Positions 1 to 9,823 are shown, counted from the first letter of the stretch. The stretch: 64,000 nucleotides of DNA from Myxococcales bacterium (GCA_045863395.1 BTVJ01000018.1:1-64000); one strand, 5' to 3'. Numbers and translations: made by a program. The notes: generated from the letters alone by a model not told the origin.

Positions 1-60
1 CCGCCCCGCGGCCCCCCCCCACCACCCCCCCCCCCCCCTACACCCCCCCCCCCCCCCCCC
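1..60. repeat. Poly-C low-complexity tract at the window start
   Basis: Almost pure C runs; possibly a contig-end or sequencing artefact. Confidence 0.7.
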
Positions 61-130
61 GTCGGACGGGGGGCGCGCGGCGGACGGCGCGGCGCTCGCT
101 CTGCGCTCCGAGCGACGGTCCGCGGACCAA

Positions 131-162
131 CAAGGGACCAAGGGACCTAGGGCGCCAGGGAC
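131..162 (-). repeat. Tandem octamer GTCCCTTG x2 directly after the kinase-FGE stop codon, plus a degenerate copy before it
   Basis: + strand CAAGGGAC at 131-138 and 139-146, stop at 147-149, CAGGGAC at 156-162. Confidence 0.85.
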
Positions 163-2147
163 CTGGAGCAGCGGAAGCCGAGGACGCCGCCCGCGTAGGA
201 CGGGGCGTGGTAGACGCGATCGGACGCCCGCAGGTACGAGGCGACGTCGTAGAAGCCGCCGCCGCGCTTGACCCGGTCGGAGCCGCCTGACACCCACGCG
301 CTGCCGTCAACGGGAGCACCGTCGTAGCTCCCATGGTACGTGTCCTCCACCCACTCCCACACGTTCCCCGCCAGGTCGCACGCCCCCTGCGCGCTGTTCG
401 CGGCGCCCTTCGAGCACACATCCCACGTCGAGTCGCCACGCCCGCAGCCGTTGCCTCCACCGTCATTCATCACCGCGCGCGCGCACGTCGCCTTCTCAGG
501 GCCCCAAGGGTAGTCCTGGTCCCGGCCTCCGCTCCGCGCCGCATACTCCCACTCCGCCTCGCTCGGTAGACGCGCACCGGCCCATTCGCAGTACGTCTTC
601 GCCTGCTTCCAGTCCACGCAGTTCACCGGGTGATCCTCACGGCCCGATCTCCCCCAGTTGCAGCTCCCCCACGTGCCGGGAGCCGTACACGGGCCGGCCT
701 CCACGCACCGCCGGTAGTCTCCCACCGTCGTCTCGCTCTTCGCCAGCTCGAAGCCGCGGATCTGCACCACCCGGACCGGCCGCTCGTCCGAGTCGCCTGT
801 CGCCGACCCCATCTCATACGACCCGCTCGGCAGACGCACGTAGCCGTGGTTCGGGTCCCGAGATGAAACGCTCGCCGCGGCGCCCTCCCCGCGTCCGTGG
901 GATTGCAGCTCCAGGCCAGGTGCCTCGCCCGACGACCTATCCACGAGGTTCGTGCCAAGAAACAGTCCCCCCGCCACCACGACCACGGTCAACCCCACGA
1001 GCGCTGGCCGCGTCCAGTCGCGCCTCGGAATCGTTCGGGAAACCGGGCCGGGTACCACGTCCACCACGCGTGCAGGGGTGGGCTGCGGTGGAACGGGGGA
1101 CGGCGCCGGGACGACGTCGGGAGCCGGAGTGGGGCGCGGGGGAACCGGAAGCTGCTCCCCCCGCAGCGCCCGCTGGAAGTCCCGCGCGGTCGGGAACCGC
1201 TTCGCAGCATCCAAGCTCATCGCTCGCTCCACCGCGTCCGACACCGCCACCGAAACCCGCGCCACCTCCTTCAGCGGTGGCAGTCTCCGCCCTGCTTGCC
1301 GAAGAAGCCCATCCACCGGGGGCTCGCCGGCAAGCACCGTCCACAGCGTGGCACCGAGCGCGTACACGTCCGTCCGCTCGTCCTGGGGCGCGCGCGGGTC
1401 ATACTGCTCAGGCGGCGCATAGCCCACCGTCAGCACCTCCGAGAGCGATTGCGACGCGCTCCCCGTCGTGTACCGTGCCGCACCGAAGTCCAGCAGAACC
1501 ACCGGCCCGTCCTTGCTTACCATGATGTTCGCCGGCTTGATGTCGCGATGGATCAGCACCTTGTCCTGCTCGTCCCGCACCGAGTGCACCGCACACAGAC
1601 CGTCGAGCGCGGCGATGGCCACCGGGAGCGCGTCGCGCTCCTCAAGCGGCCTCATCACCCCGTCGTTTCCCGGCACCAGGAGCCCCTGCAGCGTCACCCC
1701 CTGAATGTACTCCATCACCATGTATCCGGTGCCGTTCTCCGCGAACACGTCGTAGATGGTCACGACGTTCGGGGCAGACCGGAGCTGCGAGACCATCTGC
1801 GCCTCACGGATGAAGCTCTCGAGTCCCAGCCGATACGCGTCCCCGTTGCCCCGCATCGGCTGCACCGTCACTCCGTCCCGGCTCCGTGTCGCTGTGCTCC
1901 GAGGATAGTACTCCTTGACCGCCACCCGCACCTTGAGCTGCAGGTCCCGCGCCAGGTAGGTGATGCCGAACCCACCCCGCCCCAGCTCCCGGCCCACGAG
2001 GTAGCGTTCCCGGACGATGCTCCCTGCCAGGAGCCGCATCGCGTCGTCCGGCCCGTCCCCCTCAGGGCGGTGCCCGCACCGCTGGCACAAGACGCCAGGA
2101 CCCGCCGTCTCGCAGCACTGGAAGCACACCCGCTCACGTCCGTTCAT
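147..2147 (-). CDS. Zn-ribbon + Ser/Thr protein kinase + TM + FGE-sulfatase (SUMF1/CLec-fold) domain protein
   Basis: N-terminal CFQCC..CQRC; kinase motifs LGRGGFG, VAVKE, HRDIKPAN, DFG, YAPPE; Pro-rich linker and TM; FGE motifs HPVNCVDW, RLPSEAEWEYAAR, DLAGNVWEW, RGG..GFRC. Start set to ATG 2147. Confidence 0.92.
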   Translation of the reverse strand: MNGRERVCFQCCETAGPGVLCQRCGHRPEGDGPDDAMRLLAGSIVRERYLVGRELGRGGFGITYLARDLQLKVRVAVKEYYPRSTATRSRDGVTVQPMRGNGDAYRLGLESFIREAQMVSQLRSAPNVVTIYDVFAENGTGYMVMEYIQGVTLQGLLVPGNDGVMRPLEERDALPVAIAALDGLCAVHSVRDEQDKVLIHRDIKPANIMVSKDGPVVLLDFGAARYTTGSASQSLSEVLTVGYAPPEQYDPRAPQDERTDVYALGATLWTVLAGEPPVDGLLRQAGRRLPPLKEVARVSVAVSDAVERAMSLDAAKRFPTARDFQRALRGEQLPVPPRPTPAPDVVPAPSPVPPQPTPARVVDVVPGPVSRTIPRRDWTRPALVGLTVVVVAGGLFLGTNLVDRSSGEAPGLELQSHGRGEGAAASVSSRDPNHGYVRLPSGSYEMGSATGDSDERPVRVVQIRGFELAKSETTVGDYRRCVEAGPCTAPGTWGSCNWGRSGREDHPVNCVDWKQAKTYCEWAGARLPSEAEWEYAARSGGRDQDYPWGPEKATCARAVMNDGGGNGCGRGDSTWDVCSKGAANSAQGACDLAGNVWEWVEDTYHGSYDGAPVDGSAWVSGGSDRVKRGGGFYDVASYLRASDRVYHAPSYAGGVLGFRCSRSLAP

Positions 2148-2332
2148 CGCATCACACTCCGCCCCTCCACAGGCCACCATCTCGCGTGGAACGATTGTAA
2201 CGCAGCACGGTGCGCCGCTGCGGCGTCTTGGCAGGGTCGAGCCGCGTCAAATTCTCGCGGAACTTCCGGTGAGCCGCGTCGTCGCCGTCGATGGCTCAGG
2301 TCATCCAGGCATCGACCCCTGTGAGGCCGTCC

Positions 2333-3367
2333 CTACGGCGCGCCCCGCTGCGCCTCTTCGAGCGCCGCCTTCATCTGCGCCTGGATGATCGCCTGCATGC
2401 AGGTGCTGACACCCTCGGTATCCGCCGCCTTCGCCAGACACGTCCGCGCGTCGTCGGGCCAGGTCTCGCACTGTTCGCTGAACGCGCGGAGCTCTTCCTC
2501 GGACGGGTCGCTCTCGCCCATGGCCCTGCCGATGCGCTTCATGTTCGTGACGACCGCGGAGCAGGAGCCGCTGTCGAGTTCCGCGGCGATCCGCGCTGCG
2601 GCGGTGGCCTCGGCGACCGCGAGCGCGGCCTCCGCAGCCGCTTCATCGGCGGCGCGCTGCGCCTCGTCGGCAGCCGCACGCGCCTCCTCCCCCGCCGCCT
2701 TCATCGCCTTCTCCATCTCCGCAGCCATGACCTTCGCGAAGCACGCCCCGACCGCGGCTTCGTCGCCAGCGTCGGCGAAGCAGTTCTTGACGTCGTCGGG
2801 CCACGCACGGCACTCCTCCAGGAACTTCTTCTTGTCGCTGTCCGTAGGTTCCTTCTCCCCAGCCTTGATGCCGAGATCGATCATCTTCCTCATGGCAGTC
2901 TCGCACGGGCCGCGCCGGGTACGGGAGGATCTGCTGGTCCCGCTGGCCGTCTCCAGCGCCACGAGCTTCGCGGTGCATGCGCCGGTGGCTGCGTCATCCT
3001 CGGCTTCTGCGTGGCATCGCTTGATGTCGTCGGGCCATGCGCTGCATTCCTCCAGGAATCGCGTCTTGTCCCCATCGCTGGGCCCTGCCGCACCCCACTT
3101 CACCCAGCTCGCCGACGCCCTCTTCAGTGCCCGTTTGCACGGGTCGGAAGACTCGAAGGCGCCGAGCCGCCAGGCCCCCAGCGCGACGACGAGGACCGCG
3201 ACAGCGCCGATCCCGATGTAGACAAGGTTGCTTCGGGGGCCCCGCTTCGCGCCCCCACCGGGGCCGACTTGCGGCGCGGCCGCCATCCCTACAAACGCCC
3301 CGCAGGTCCGGCAGTTGGCGCCGTCTCCAACGGGAGCGCGACAGATCGGGCAGACTCTCTCTCCCAT
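2333..3367 (-). CDS. Zn-ribbon + TM + three copies of a 4-Cys helical repeat; hypothetical membrane protein
   Basis: MGERVCPIC..CRTC, a hydrophobic helix, then three ~60-aa repeats with C..F.EEC..WPDD...C..C. Confidence 0.8.
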   Translation of the reverse strand: MGERVCPICRAPVGDGANCRTCGAFVGMAAAPQVGPGGGAKRGPRSNLVYIGIGAVAVLVVALGAWRLGAFESSDPCKRALKRASASWVKWGAAGPSDGDKTRFLEECSAWPDDIKRCHAEAEDDAATGACTAKLVALETASGTSRSSRTRRGPCETAMRKMIDLGIKAGEKEPTDSDKKKFLEECRAWPDDVKNCFADAGDEAAVGACFAKVMAAEMEKAMKAAGEEARAAADEAQRAADEAAAEAALAVAEATAAARIAAELDSGSCSAVVTNMKRIGRAMGESDPSEEELRAFSEQCETWPDDARTCLAKAADTEGVSTCMQAIIQAQMKAALEEAQRGAP

Positions 3368-3377
3368 GACCCTCACC

Positions 3378-4742
3378 TCACTCCGTCTCGTTGTCCACAA
3401 AGAATGCCGCGGACCCGTACATCGAGCACTCCACCCTGGTCGCCTGGGGGTCGCCCCAGCCGATGCGCTGGAACGTGGACCACTCCCCGTCGCAGTCCAG
3501 ATCGCCGTAGGCGCTCGCAGTCATTGTGGCGGCCTCGAGCGTACCCTGCGAATCATACGCGTAGCGGAAGTAATGAGGCCCGTTCATCTGAAAAGTGAGC
3601 GCTTCCCAGGACGGATGGTCGAGCCACACGGTGGGATCTCCCGGAAACCTCTGGTCGGGGTGGTCGCACGGTGATCCTTCGGGCGTAATCGGAGCCGGCG
3701 CAGGAAACTGGCACGGGAGCTTGGTGCCGTCGGCCGCGATTTGCGGCTTCGTGTAGTAGAACGCCGCCCCCTTGTAGATCTTGTCCAGCTCGTCGATGGC
3801 CTCCGTGGTCTTCGCGCGCCGTTGGTACTTGACGAAGGCGGGCACGGCGATCACAGCCGTCAGTGCCGAGTTGACCCGCGTCGACACGCGGACCATGGAC
3901 CCGCTGGACTCGATGGCGAGCCCCTCCACCACGGTCGAGATGTCGAAGTCCTTGGACTTCTTGAGCGCCTTCGCCCACTGCTCGCGCAGCGCGTCGCGCA
4001 CGTCATCGGCTTCGGCGGCGCTCACCAGCTCGACGACGGCCCGCACGTCCAGCCGCTCATCGACGCTCAGGCTGAGCGCACCGCCACGAACCCCTACGTC
4101 GCGGCGTGCGACCTCCTCCAGAACGTCGCCCAGCTCGGACGAGACGGAGGCCACCCACACGTGAGCGTCCGGGTCCACGGACTTCCGCATGGTCTGAATC
4201 GCGTCGTTCTGCATGATCGACCGCTCCTCCCCGCGAGAGACCCGCAGCGCGGCGGACACGAAGTCCGGGCTTCCGACGACGGTCACGTCGGACTCGACGA
4301 GCGCCACGGCCCCGGCTAGCCCGCTGAAGATCTCGGCCCCGTCTGCCTTGACGGGCTGACCAAGCTCAGTCAGTGCTGCCCGGAGCTTGTCGCGGTCAAA
4401 CCCACCAGAGAGGACACAGCCGCCTGCCTTCCGGCCGGTGTGAAAGCCGCACGCCACTGCGTCCAGCGTGTCGAGCTGAAAACCGAACTTCTGTCGTGCC
4501 TGCTCCATGCCGGCGGCGTCGAGGCCTGCTACCACCAAGGCCTCGTTGTCCTTCCACAGCTTGGAGGCGCGAATGGCCCGGACGTCGGCGCCTGCGACCA
4601 CCGTGACCGTGTCGGGGACATACTTGCCCGCCAGGGTCGCCGCGCGACCGCTTCCCCTCGAGAGGAACCAAATCAGAGCCACGGCGACCACGGCCGCGGC
4701 GACGCCGACCAGGATGACCTGGGGGGAGAGTTTCCACTTCAC
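3378..4742 (-). CDS. Membrane-anchored DUF3352-like domain fused to a C-terminal type IV pilin-like domain
   Basis: AAAGGAG RBS before GTG 4742; N-terminal TM; C-terminus IAVPAFVKYQRRAKTTEA...PHYFRY...AYGDLDCDG resembles myxobacterial pilins. Confidence 0.7.
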   Translation of the reverse strand: MKWKLSPQVILVGVAAAVVAVALIWFLSRGSGRAATLAGKYVPDTVTVVAGADVRAIRASKLWKDNEALVVAGLDAAGMEQARQKFGFQLDTLDAVACGFHTGRKAGGCVLSGGFDRDKLRAALTELGQPVKADGAEIFSGLAGAVALVESDVTVVGSPDFVSAALRVSRGEERSIMQNDAIQTMRKSVDPDAHVWVASVSSELGDVLEEVARRDVGVRGGALSLSVDERLDVRAVVELVSAAEADDVRDALREQWAKALKKSKDFDISTVVEGLAIESSGSMVRVSTRVNSALTAVIAVPAFVKYQRRAKTTEAIDELDKIYKGAAFYYTKPQIAADGTKLPCQFPAPAPITPEGSPCDHPDQRFPGDPTVWLDHPSWEALTFQMNGPHYFRYAYDSQGTLEAATMTASAYGDLDCDGEWSTFQRIGWGDPQATRVECSMYGSAAFFVDNETE

Positions 4743-4915
4743 GACGCGCTCCTTTGTTGCCGGCTTGGGGGTCCAACCAACCCACGCTGTGGCGGCTCCG
4801 ATGCCGACTCGCACATCCAGAGCGCCAACGGGTTGCACTGGGGCGTACTATGGTGCGTACCGGCCCGATTGACAACCAGAATGTCGCCCGTTCTCGGTCC
4901 CGGCCCCGCCGCTCG

Positions 4916-5689
4916 TCACCGCAGTGACGCAAGCAGCCGCAGCGCCTCCAGGTCTCCTTGTACTCGGCCCTCGCCGCTGCGCAGGGCGTCGAGCGCCCCG
5001 TCCGCGATGATGTACTCCGCCAAGGACGCGACCTTCTCGAGGCACCAGCAGGGCGCGGCCTTGAGCAGGCTGCCCGAGCCGGCGCAGTCATCGAGAGCGG
5101 TCCGCACCTCTCCAATCACGTCCGCGACCACGGCCACGAAGCGCCGGAGCCCCCCGACCGCTCCGTGGATGGGGCTCACGAGCTCCGTGCCACGCGCCGC
5201 CACAGCGGCGAGCGCGGCGAGGGACTCCGGTCCAGGGTCGCGCTCCGCCGCACCCAGGGCTCGCTTCAGGTCGTCGGAGTAGCCGGAGAGCTCGCGAATG
5301 TAGCGCCGCAGCTCTCGTGCGGCGGTCAGCTCCACCACGGCGGAGGACACAATCGCCGCGAGGCCCTTCCACCCAAGCTCGACGAACAACGCCTTGGGGT
5401 CGCCGACCTTGCCGAGCAGGTCCGCCGCGTCCTTGACCTTCAGGAGGTAATCGAGGATCCGCGTCGCCCTCTCGAAGAAGCCTGCGACGTCGCTGTAGGT
5501 CTCCAGGTGTTCGACCACGTGGCTTTCGCGGGCCTGCGCCACCGCCCACACTGCGCGGTCCTTCGGGCTCTCGGGTGGTGCGCCTGCGACGGTGCCGCCC
5601 TCTTTGGAGTCACATTGAGTGACGGCGAACGCTCCTGCGCCTGATGCCACCACCACGATGATCGCGACCACTCTCCATGCCTTGCTCAT
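4916..5689 (-). CDS. Hypothetical helical protein with an N-terminal hydrophobic anchor
   Basis: MSKAWRVVAIIVVVASG hydrophobic start; co-oriented with neighbours; no family recognised. Confidence 0.65.
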   Translation of the reverse strand: MSKAWRVVAIIVVVASGAGAFAVTQCDSKEGGTVAGAPPESPKDRAVWAVAQARESHVVEHLETYSDVAGFFERATRILDYLLKVKDAADLLGKVGDPKALFVELGWKGLAAIVSSAVVELTAARELRRYIRELSGYSDDLKRALGAAERDPGPESLAALAAVAARGTELVSPIHGAVGGLRRFVAVVADVIGEVRTALDDCAGSGSLLKAAPCWCLEKVASLAEYIIADGALDALRSGEGRVQGDLEALRLLASLR

Positions 5690-5752
5690 GCCCTGCCTCC
5701 ACCGTTTGTCATTACGAAGTCCGACACCTGAAACACGAAGTCTGCGCCCCAC

Positions 5753-8700
5753 CTACGGCGCGCTCTTGAAGTTCACGCCCACCGTGTCGGCGAAGACGCG
5801 GGTGGAGGTCGTGCCGCACCCAGCGCCGTTGCAGGCGCAACCGCCCCACGCGTCGTCGTAGAGAACCAGCGTGTGGGAGCCGGTCCCGAGGCTCACCCCG
5901 CTGAAGATCGCGAGGTTTCCGCCCATGGACGCCTTCTGGTTCCCACTCGCCTGCTTCTTCGCGGATCCGGTCAGGATGTAGTGGACCTCCTGGCTCAGCT
6001 TGTCGGCACCGAAGCCGCAGGCGTTGGCCTGGTCTGGGATCCACGCGTTGATGTCGTAGGTGCCCGCCTTCTTGATGGTGAACGTCCACCGGGCGTTGTA
6101 GCCGCCGTAGGCCGTCGGACTCGACGTGGACGGCACGCCGCAGTTTGAGGCGAACACCCAGTATGGAAGTCCCCCGCTCTGACCCTTGTGCCAGGACGTG
6201 CTCGCCGTGGATGAGCATGACAGGGAGGCGCTCGACGGGGTGTTGCCGTAGTAGAGGCTCGGCTGAACGGCAAACGAGGCGGCGCCGCAGTCTGACGGGC
6301 ACGTCTTGGGGGTTTCTGTAGACTCGCACGTCCCGTTGCCGCACTTGTCACCACAGTTGGCGGAGGTCACGCAGGAGCCGCCGGAGCACGTCTGCGAGGT
6401 GCTGCAGGAGCCTGTGACCGTCCATGCGGAGAAGCTCCCCCAGGCGCCGTTGCATGACCCACTCGCGCCGGAACAGGTGCGTTTGCGAGTCCGGACGCCC
6501 TTGTCGCCACCGCACGCCGCTCCACTGGGGCAACCCACCTCGGTCTCCTCGTCACACACGTGGGTGGACGGCCGGAACCAGCAGCCGTCGCAGCAGGCGC
6601 CGCTGCTGCACTCGCACTTCGGGGCATCGCAGTCCGCGGTGTAGGTGCAGCTCGTCTTGCCTGGGGTACACTTCTCGGTGTCGCTGCACGCGTCGACGAC
6701 ACTCCAGTCGCTCCAGACGCCGTATGGGCCATCGCACGCAGCGCTCGCCCCCGAACAGAGCCGGTCGCGAGTCTTCTGTGCCACGCTCTGGCCACACCCC
6801 GTGCCCCACGGACACCCCACCTCGGACTCCGCCTTCGGGGCGCACACCGTGCCGGCATTCTTGAAGTTGCACCCATCGCAGCAGGGCCCGGACGTACACT
6901 GACATGGCGCCGAGGAGCAGCCCGCGGAGGTCGTGCAGCTCGCGGGGGAGCCACCGCACACCTGCGAAGGGCCGCAGTCCGCATGCAGCGTCCAGGGCTT
7001 CCAGGGGCCGTAGTCTCCGCTGCACGCGCTGGTCGTGCCGTTGCAGAGCCGGTCCCGCGTGTGGATGGCCACGTCGGCCCCACACCCCGTCCCCCAGGTG
7101 CAGGCGACCTCGCTGCTCGCGTCCACCTTGCACACGGTCCCGGCCGCCTTCAGGTCACAGCCGTCGCAGCACGGGCCGTTGCTGCACGTACACTGGGCCG
7201 CGCTGCAGGCGCTCGTCGCCTTGCAGGAGCCGCTCGACGCGCACGCCTTGGTCGCCGGGCAGCTCTCGGCGACCGTCCAGCCCCCCCAGGGCCCGAGGGT
7301 GCCCGTGCAGGACGCCGACTTCCCCGAGCAGTGACGGGGGCGGCGTTTCACGCCGACGTCATCGCCGCAGCCCGTGCCCCAAGGGCATCCCCACTCGGCG
7401 TCGGCCTCCTCCTCGCACACCTGGGTCGAGGGAGCGAACTTGCCCCCGTTGCAGCAGACACCCGACGTACACTCTGCGACCGGGTGCGCCACGCAGGCGC
7501 CGCCGGAGCAGCCGTACTGACAGGCCTGCGTCACTGTGCCATGGCACCCGTTTGCGCCCTTCACGCAGGAGACCAGCGAGCCGCCGCTGCAGGAGACTCC
7601 GGGCGAGCACGTGTCGGTACACCCGGGCTTCGCGCATGTCCCGCCGGCACCGCAGTCGGTTCCGGGAGGGCACTTGCAGTCTGCGCACGTGGCGCAGGTC
7701 TCGGGAGGCGTGCAGACCCCGTCGCCGCACGTCGAGGCGGGGGCGTCCGGCATGATCGTCTGCCGCACGATGGCGCCCGCGAGCACGTAGGTCTTGACGT
7801 AGTCTTCCGACAGCCACCCGTAGCCCGCCTCTCCCCACCCCGTGCCCCAGGAGTTCTTGATGCGAAAGAACCACCGGTCCTTGTTGGAGGCGTTCTTGCG
7901 CCGCTCGTAGCCGACGAGCAGCACGGCGTGGGCCCAGGCCGAGGGAGTGCCTCCCACCGGCAGCTCCACCGTGCCTGTGTTGGTCCACGCGGTCGCCACG
8001 TGATTCATCGCGAGGATGACGTTGCTGTCGTCGCCCTCCGCGAGGTGCGCCCGCAGCACCTCGCTGGCCGCCGGGTTGGGGATCGCCTGGAACTTCTTGA
8101 CTCCGTGGACCCGGTGGGCCTCCCACCCGCTCTTGGGAGAAGACGCGGTTGCGGGCCAGTACTCCTCTGTCGTGAGCTTCGTGGACTGAGCGGCAAGCAG
8201 TGCCGCCTGAAGGGAGAGATCCTCGTGGGAGGCGGCGAGGTGCGCCTCGCTGACGTCGGGGAAGCTGCCGGACTCGTAGTGTGTCACCGCTTCGAGGCCC
8301 GCCACTACAGCGTAGTCGACGCAGGTCTGCCCGACCTGCTCGCGTACCGGAGTCTGAAAGGGGGCGTGGTTGACCTTCTGCGGCAGCTCGGGCCCGAAGA
8401 CGGGCGGCTCTGCCCACCAGGAGTCGGGCAGGTCCCCCCACACCTGCGCGGAGGCCGGCACAAGCTGGCGCGGGATGCCGCCGACAATCACGATACCGGT
8501 GTCGTCGTCTACGGCAGGCGGCTCATACAGGCTCTCGTCCCCGACGGTGCCTCGCTCGCAGCCGCCCAGCACCAGCAGCGCGGCGAGGCCAGCGAGCAGA
8601 CGCTGGCGCACGAGGAGCCACCGCTGGCGGCGCCGCACGAACAGCAGGAGCCACAGCAGGGACGGAGCGGGGGACGCCGTGCCGCACCCGCCTGTCTGCT

Positions 8701-9823
8701 GCGTCTGATCGGCGGCCGCCGTCTGCGGAGCCTGCGCGGTGCCGGAGTCGCCCGCGGGCAGCGCCGTGGGGTCGTGGCCGACGGCGGTGGCAGGGGCGAT
8801 GCGGATGGCGTCCACGGCGAGGCGGGGACCCGATGAGCCGACATAGGGCTCGCCCGTGTTGTCGTTGAGACGTAGGGCAGCGCCCGGCGCGAACGAAAAG
8901 GTCCCGAGGGAGACCATCTCGCCCCGGTGCTTCGACTGGTCGACCTCCACCCACTGCTCACCGGGGAGCCACAGCTTGTACTTCGCCTTCTTCGATAGGT
9001 TCGGCAGGTCTGGCACGTAGATCTCGATGGTGTACTGGCCCGCCTGTTCGATGCCCAGGTACCACTTGGAGAAGCTGTCGGGCTGCCCCGCGTCGGTCGT
9101 GTAGGTCGTGAACGCGTGGCCGCCGGACCCCGCCGCGTCCCACCAGTACTTGCCGCCGCGCTCGACACAGGCGTCCGTCTCTTCGATGAAGGTCAGACCG
9201 GTCGATGAGACCGCACAGGGCTCCAAAGGCTTCTCGTGTGCCTTGATGAAGACCGAGGGCTCGAGATAGCTCGCCAGAATCGCGTCCTTCGCCTTCGGCC
9301 AGTGGCTAGGAGGGAGATCCTTGGTCCGTACCTCCAGATGCAGGTGGGCGCTGTACTCGTTGTCGTGACCCCTGCCGATGGTGCCGACCAGCGATCCGAC
9401 GGCGACCGTGTCGCCCTTCGAGACGGTCATCTCCTTCAGATGAGCGTACACGCTCCACACGTTCTCCCCGTTCGGCAGCTCGTGCTTCACGACGACGATG
9501 TTGCCCCAGCCCGTGCCGAAGGCCCCGGCCGCCGTGACCTCGCCGCTGCCGATGGCGTAGACGGGGTCGCCCTCGTCAGAGTTTCCACCACCGTTGCCGT
9601 TCCAGTCCTCGCCTGGGTGGTAGACTCCTGGCTTCTCATAGGCGAGCCACTTCCACCCCGCCGTCTTGTTGTACCCGCTGGCGGTCGGCGGGTTCAGCGG
9701 GAGCTGGAATCGATCCGCCGTCAGGGCTCCTTGGCGCGTAGCGAACGCGGGCTCCAGTGGACCTCCGCAGCCTGGAGAAGACACCCAGAGAGTCAAACAG
9801 AGCGCCGTCATGGTGAATCGCAT
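5753..9823 (-). CDS. Secreted multidomain protein: M23 peptidase + beta-sandwich + internal MYXO-CTERM-like motif + C1 (papain-like) cysteine protease + Cys-rich disintegrin-like repeats
   Basis: GGAGG RBS before ATG 9823; M23 motifs HPGED and HLH; C1 motifs EQVGQTC, HAVLLVGY, KNSWGTGWGEAGY; about four CxSGxCCDGC..CPWGTGCG repeats. Confidence 0.85.
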   Translation of the reverse strand: MRFTMTALCLTLWVSSPGCGGPLEPAFATRQGALTADRFQLPLNPPTASGYNKTAGWKWLAYEKPGVYHPGEDWNGNGGGNSDEGDPVYAIGSGEVTAAGAFGTGWGNIVVVKHELPNGENVWSVYAHLKEMTVSKGDTVAVGSLVGTIGRGHDNEYSAHLHLEVRTKDLPPSHWPKAKDAILASYLEPSVFIKAHEKPLEPCAVSSTGLTFIEETDACVERGGKYWWDAAGSGGHAFTTYTTDAGQPDSFSKWYLGIEQAGQYTIEIYVPDLPNLSKKAKYKLWLPGEQWVEVDQSKHRGEMVSLGTFSFAPGAALRLNDNTGEPYVGSSGPRLAVDAIRIAPATAVGHDPTALPAGDSGTAQAPQTAAADQTQQTGGCGTASPAPSLLWLLLFVRRRQRWLLVRQRLLAGLAALLVLGGCERGTVGDESLYEPPAVDDDTGIVIVGGIPRQLVPASAQVWGDLPDSWWAEPPVFGPELPQKVNHAPFQTPVREQVGQTCVDYAVVAGLEAVTHYESGSFPDVSEAHLAASHEDLSLQAALLAAQSTKLTTEEYWPATASSPKSGWEAHRVHGVKKFQAIPNPAASEVLRAHLAEGDDSNVILAMNHVATAWTNTGTVELPVGGTPSAWAHAVLLVGYERRKNASNKDRWFFRIKNSWGTGWGEAGYGWLSEDYVKTYVLAGAIVRQTIMPDAPASTCGDGVCTPPETCATCADCKCPPGTDCGAGGTCAKPGCTDTCSPGVSCSGGSLVSCVKGANGCHGTVTQACQYGCSGGACVAHPVAECTSGVCCNGGKFAPSTQVCEEEADAEWGCPWGTGCGDDVGVKRRPRHCSGKSASCTGTLGPWGGWTVAESCPATKACASSGSCKATSACSAAQCTCSNGPCCDGCDLKAAGTVCKVDASSEVACTWGTGCGADVAIHTRDRLCNGTTSACSGDYGPWKPWTLHADCGPSQVCGGSPASCTTSAGCSSAPCQCTSGPCCDGCNFKNAGTVCAPKAESEVGCPWGTGCGQSVAQKTRDRLCSGASAACDGPYGVWSDWSVVDACSDTEKCTPGKTSCTYTADCDAPKCECSSGACCDGCWFRPSTHVCDEETEVGCPSGAACGGDKGVRTRKRTCSGASGSCNGAWGSFSAWTVTGSCSTSQTCSGGSCVTSANCGDKCGNGTCESTETPKTCPSDCGAASFAVQPSLYYGNTPSSASLSCSSTASTSWHKGQSGGLPYWVFASNCGVPSTSSPTAYGGYNARWTFTIKKAGTYDINAWIPDQANACGFGADKLSQEVHYILTGSAKKQASGNQKASMGGNLAIFSGVSLGTGSHTLVLYDDAWGGCACNGAGCGTTSTRVFADTVGVNFKSAP

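Noticed and set aside
1..60. G-quadruplex or phase-variable homopolymer
   Set aside because: It lies at the window edge and cannot be distinguished from a low-quality contig end.
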